Positions 36,081-36,156 of a DNA stretch of 36,156 nucleotides are shown here, in pieces. How positions within the stretch are numbered: position 1 is the stretch's first letter; each line of letters starts with the position of its first letter. This DNA comes from Octopus sinensis (taxonomy: Eukaryota), in NCBI RefSeq assembly GCF_006345805.1, contig NW_021836843.1, forward strand, positions 1-36,156. The letters run 5' to 3'. The notes beneath the pieces are model-generated. The model did no database searches, was not told the DNA's origin, and saw only the letters and a program-made list of their open reading frames with translations. A program made the position numbers and the translations under genes.

Positions 36081-36156
36081 TAGAAGGTTAGGGGTTTAAT
36101 TCTTCTCTGTAAGAGTGAAAGTGAAGAAGAATCTAATAAATAGATGGATTGACAGC

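Overview
AT-rich, microsatellite-laden eukaryotic DNA. The SINE repertoire resembles octopus/coleoid cephalopod sequence (inference from recalled families, not searched). No secure host gene is visible. The main feature is a ~9.85 kb array of a 23-bp unit (about 428 copies, 6158-16007). It is bracketed by Helitron-like ends on the minus strand (5' TC, 3' hairpin plus CTAG) and sits inside a decayed hAT-like transposase, between its first two catalytic motifs. Other features: a near-full-length U2 snRNA copy fused to a retroposon 3' tail and inserted in one arm of an inverted-repeat element; an internally deleted DD37D (maT) transposon with a nested foldback MITE; three short Helitrons; three tRNA-derived SINE families, including dimers, a trimer and tail-swapped copies; a ~120-bp-arm hairpin; Penelope-like repeats with hammerhead-like cores; and one weak candidate coding exon. 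Almost all listed ORFs are microsatellite or SINE artefacts.
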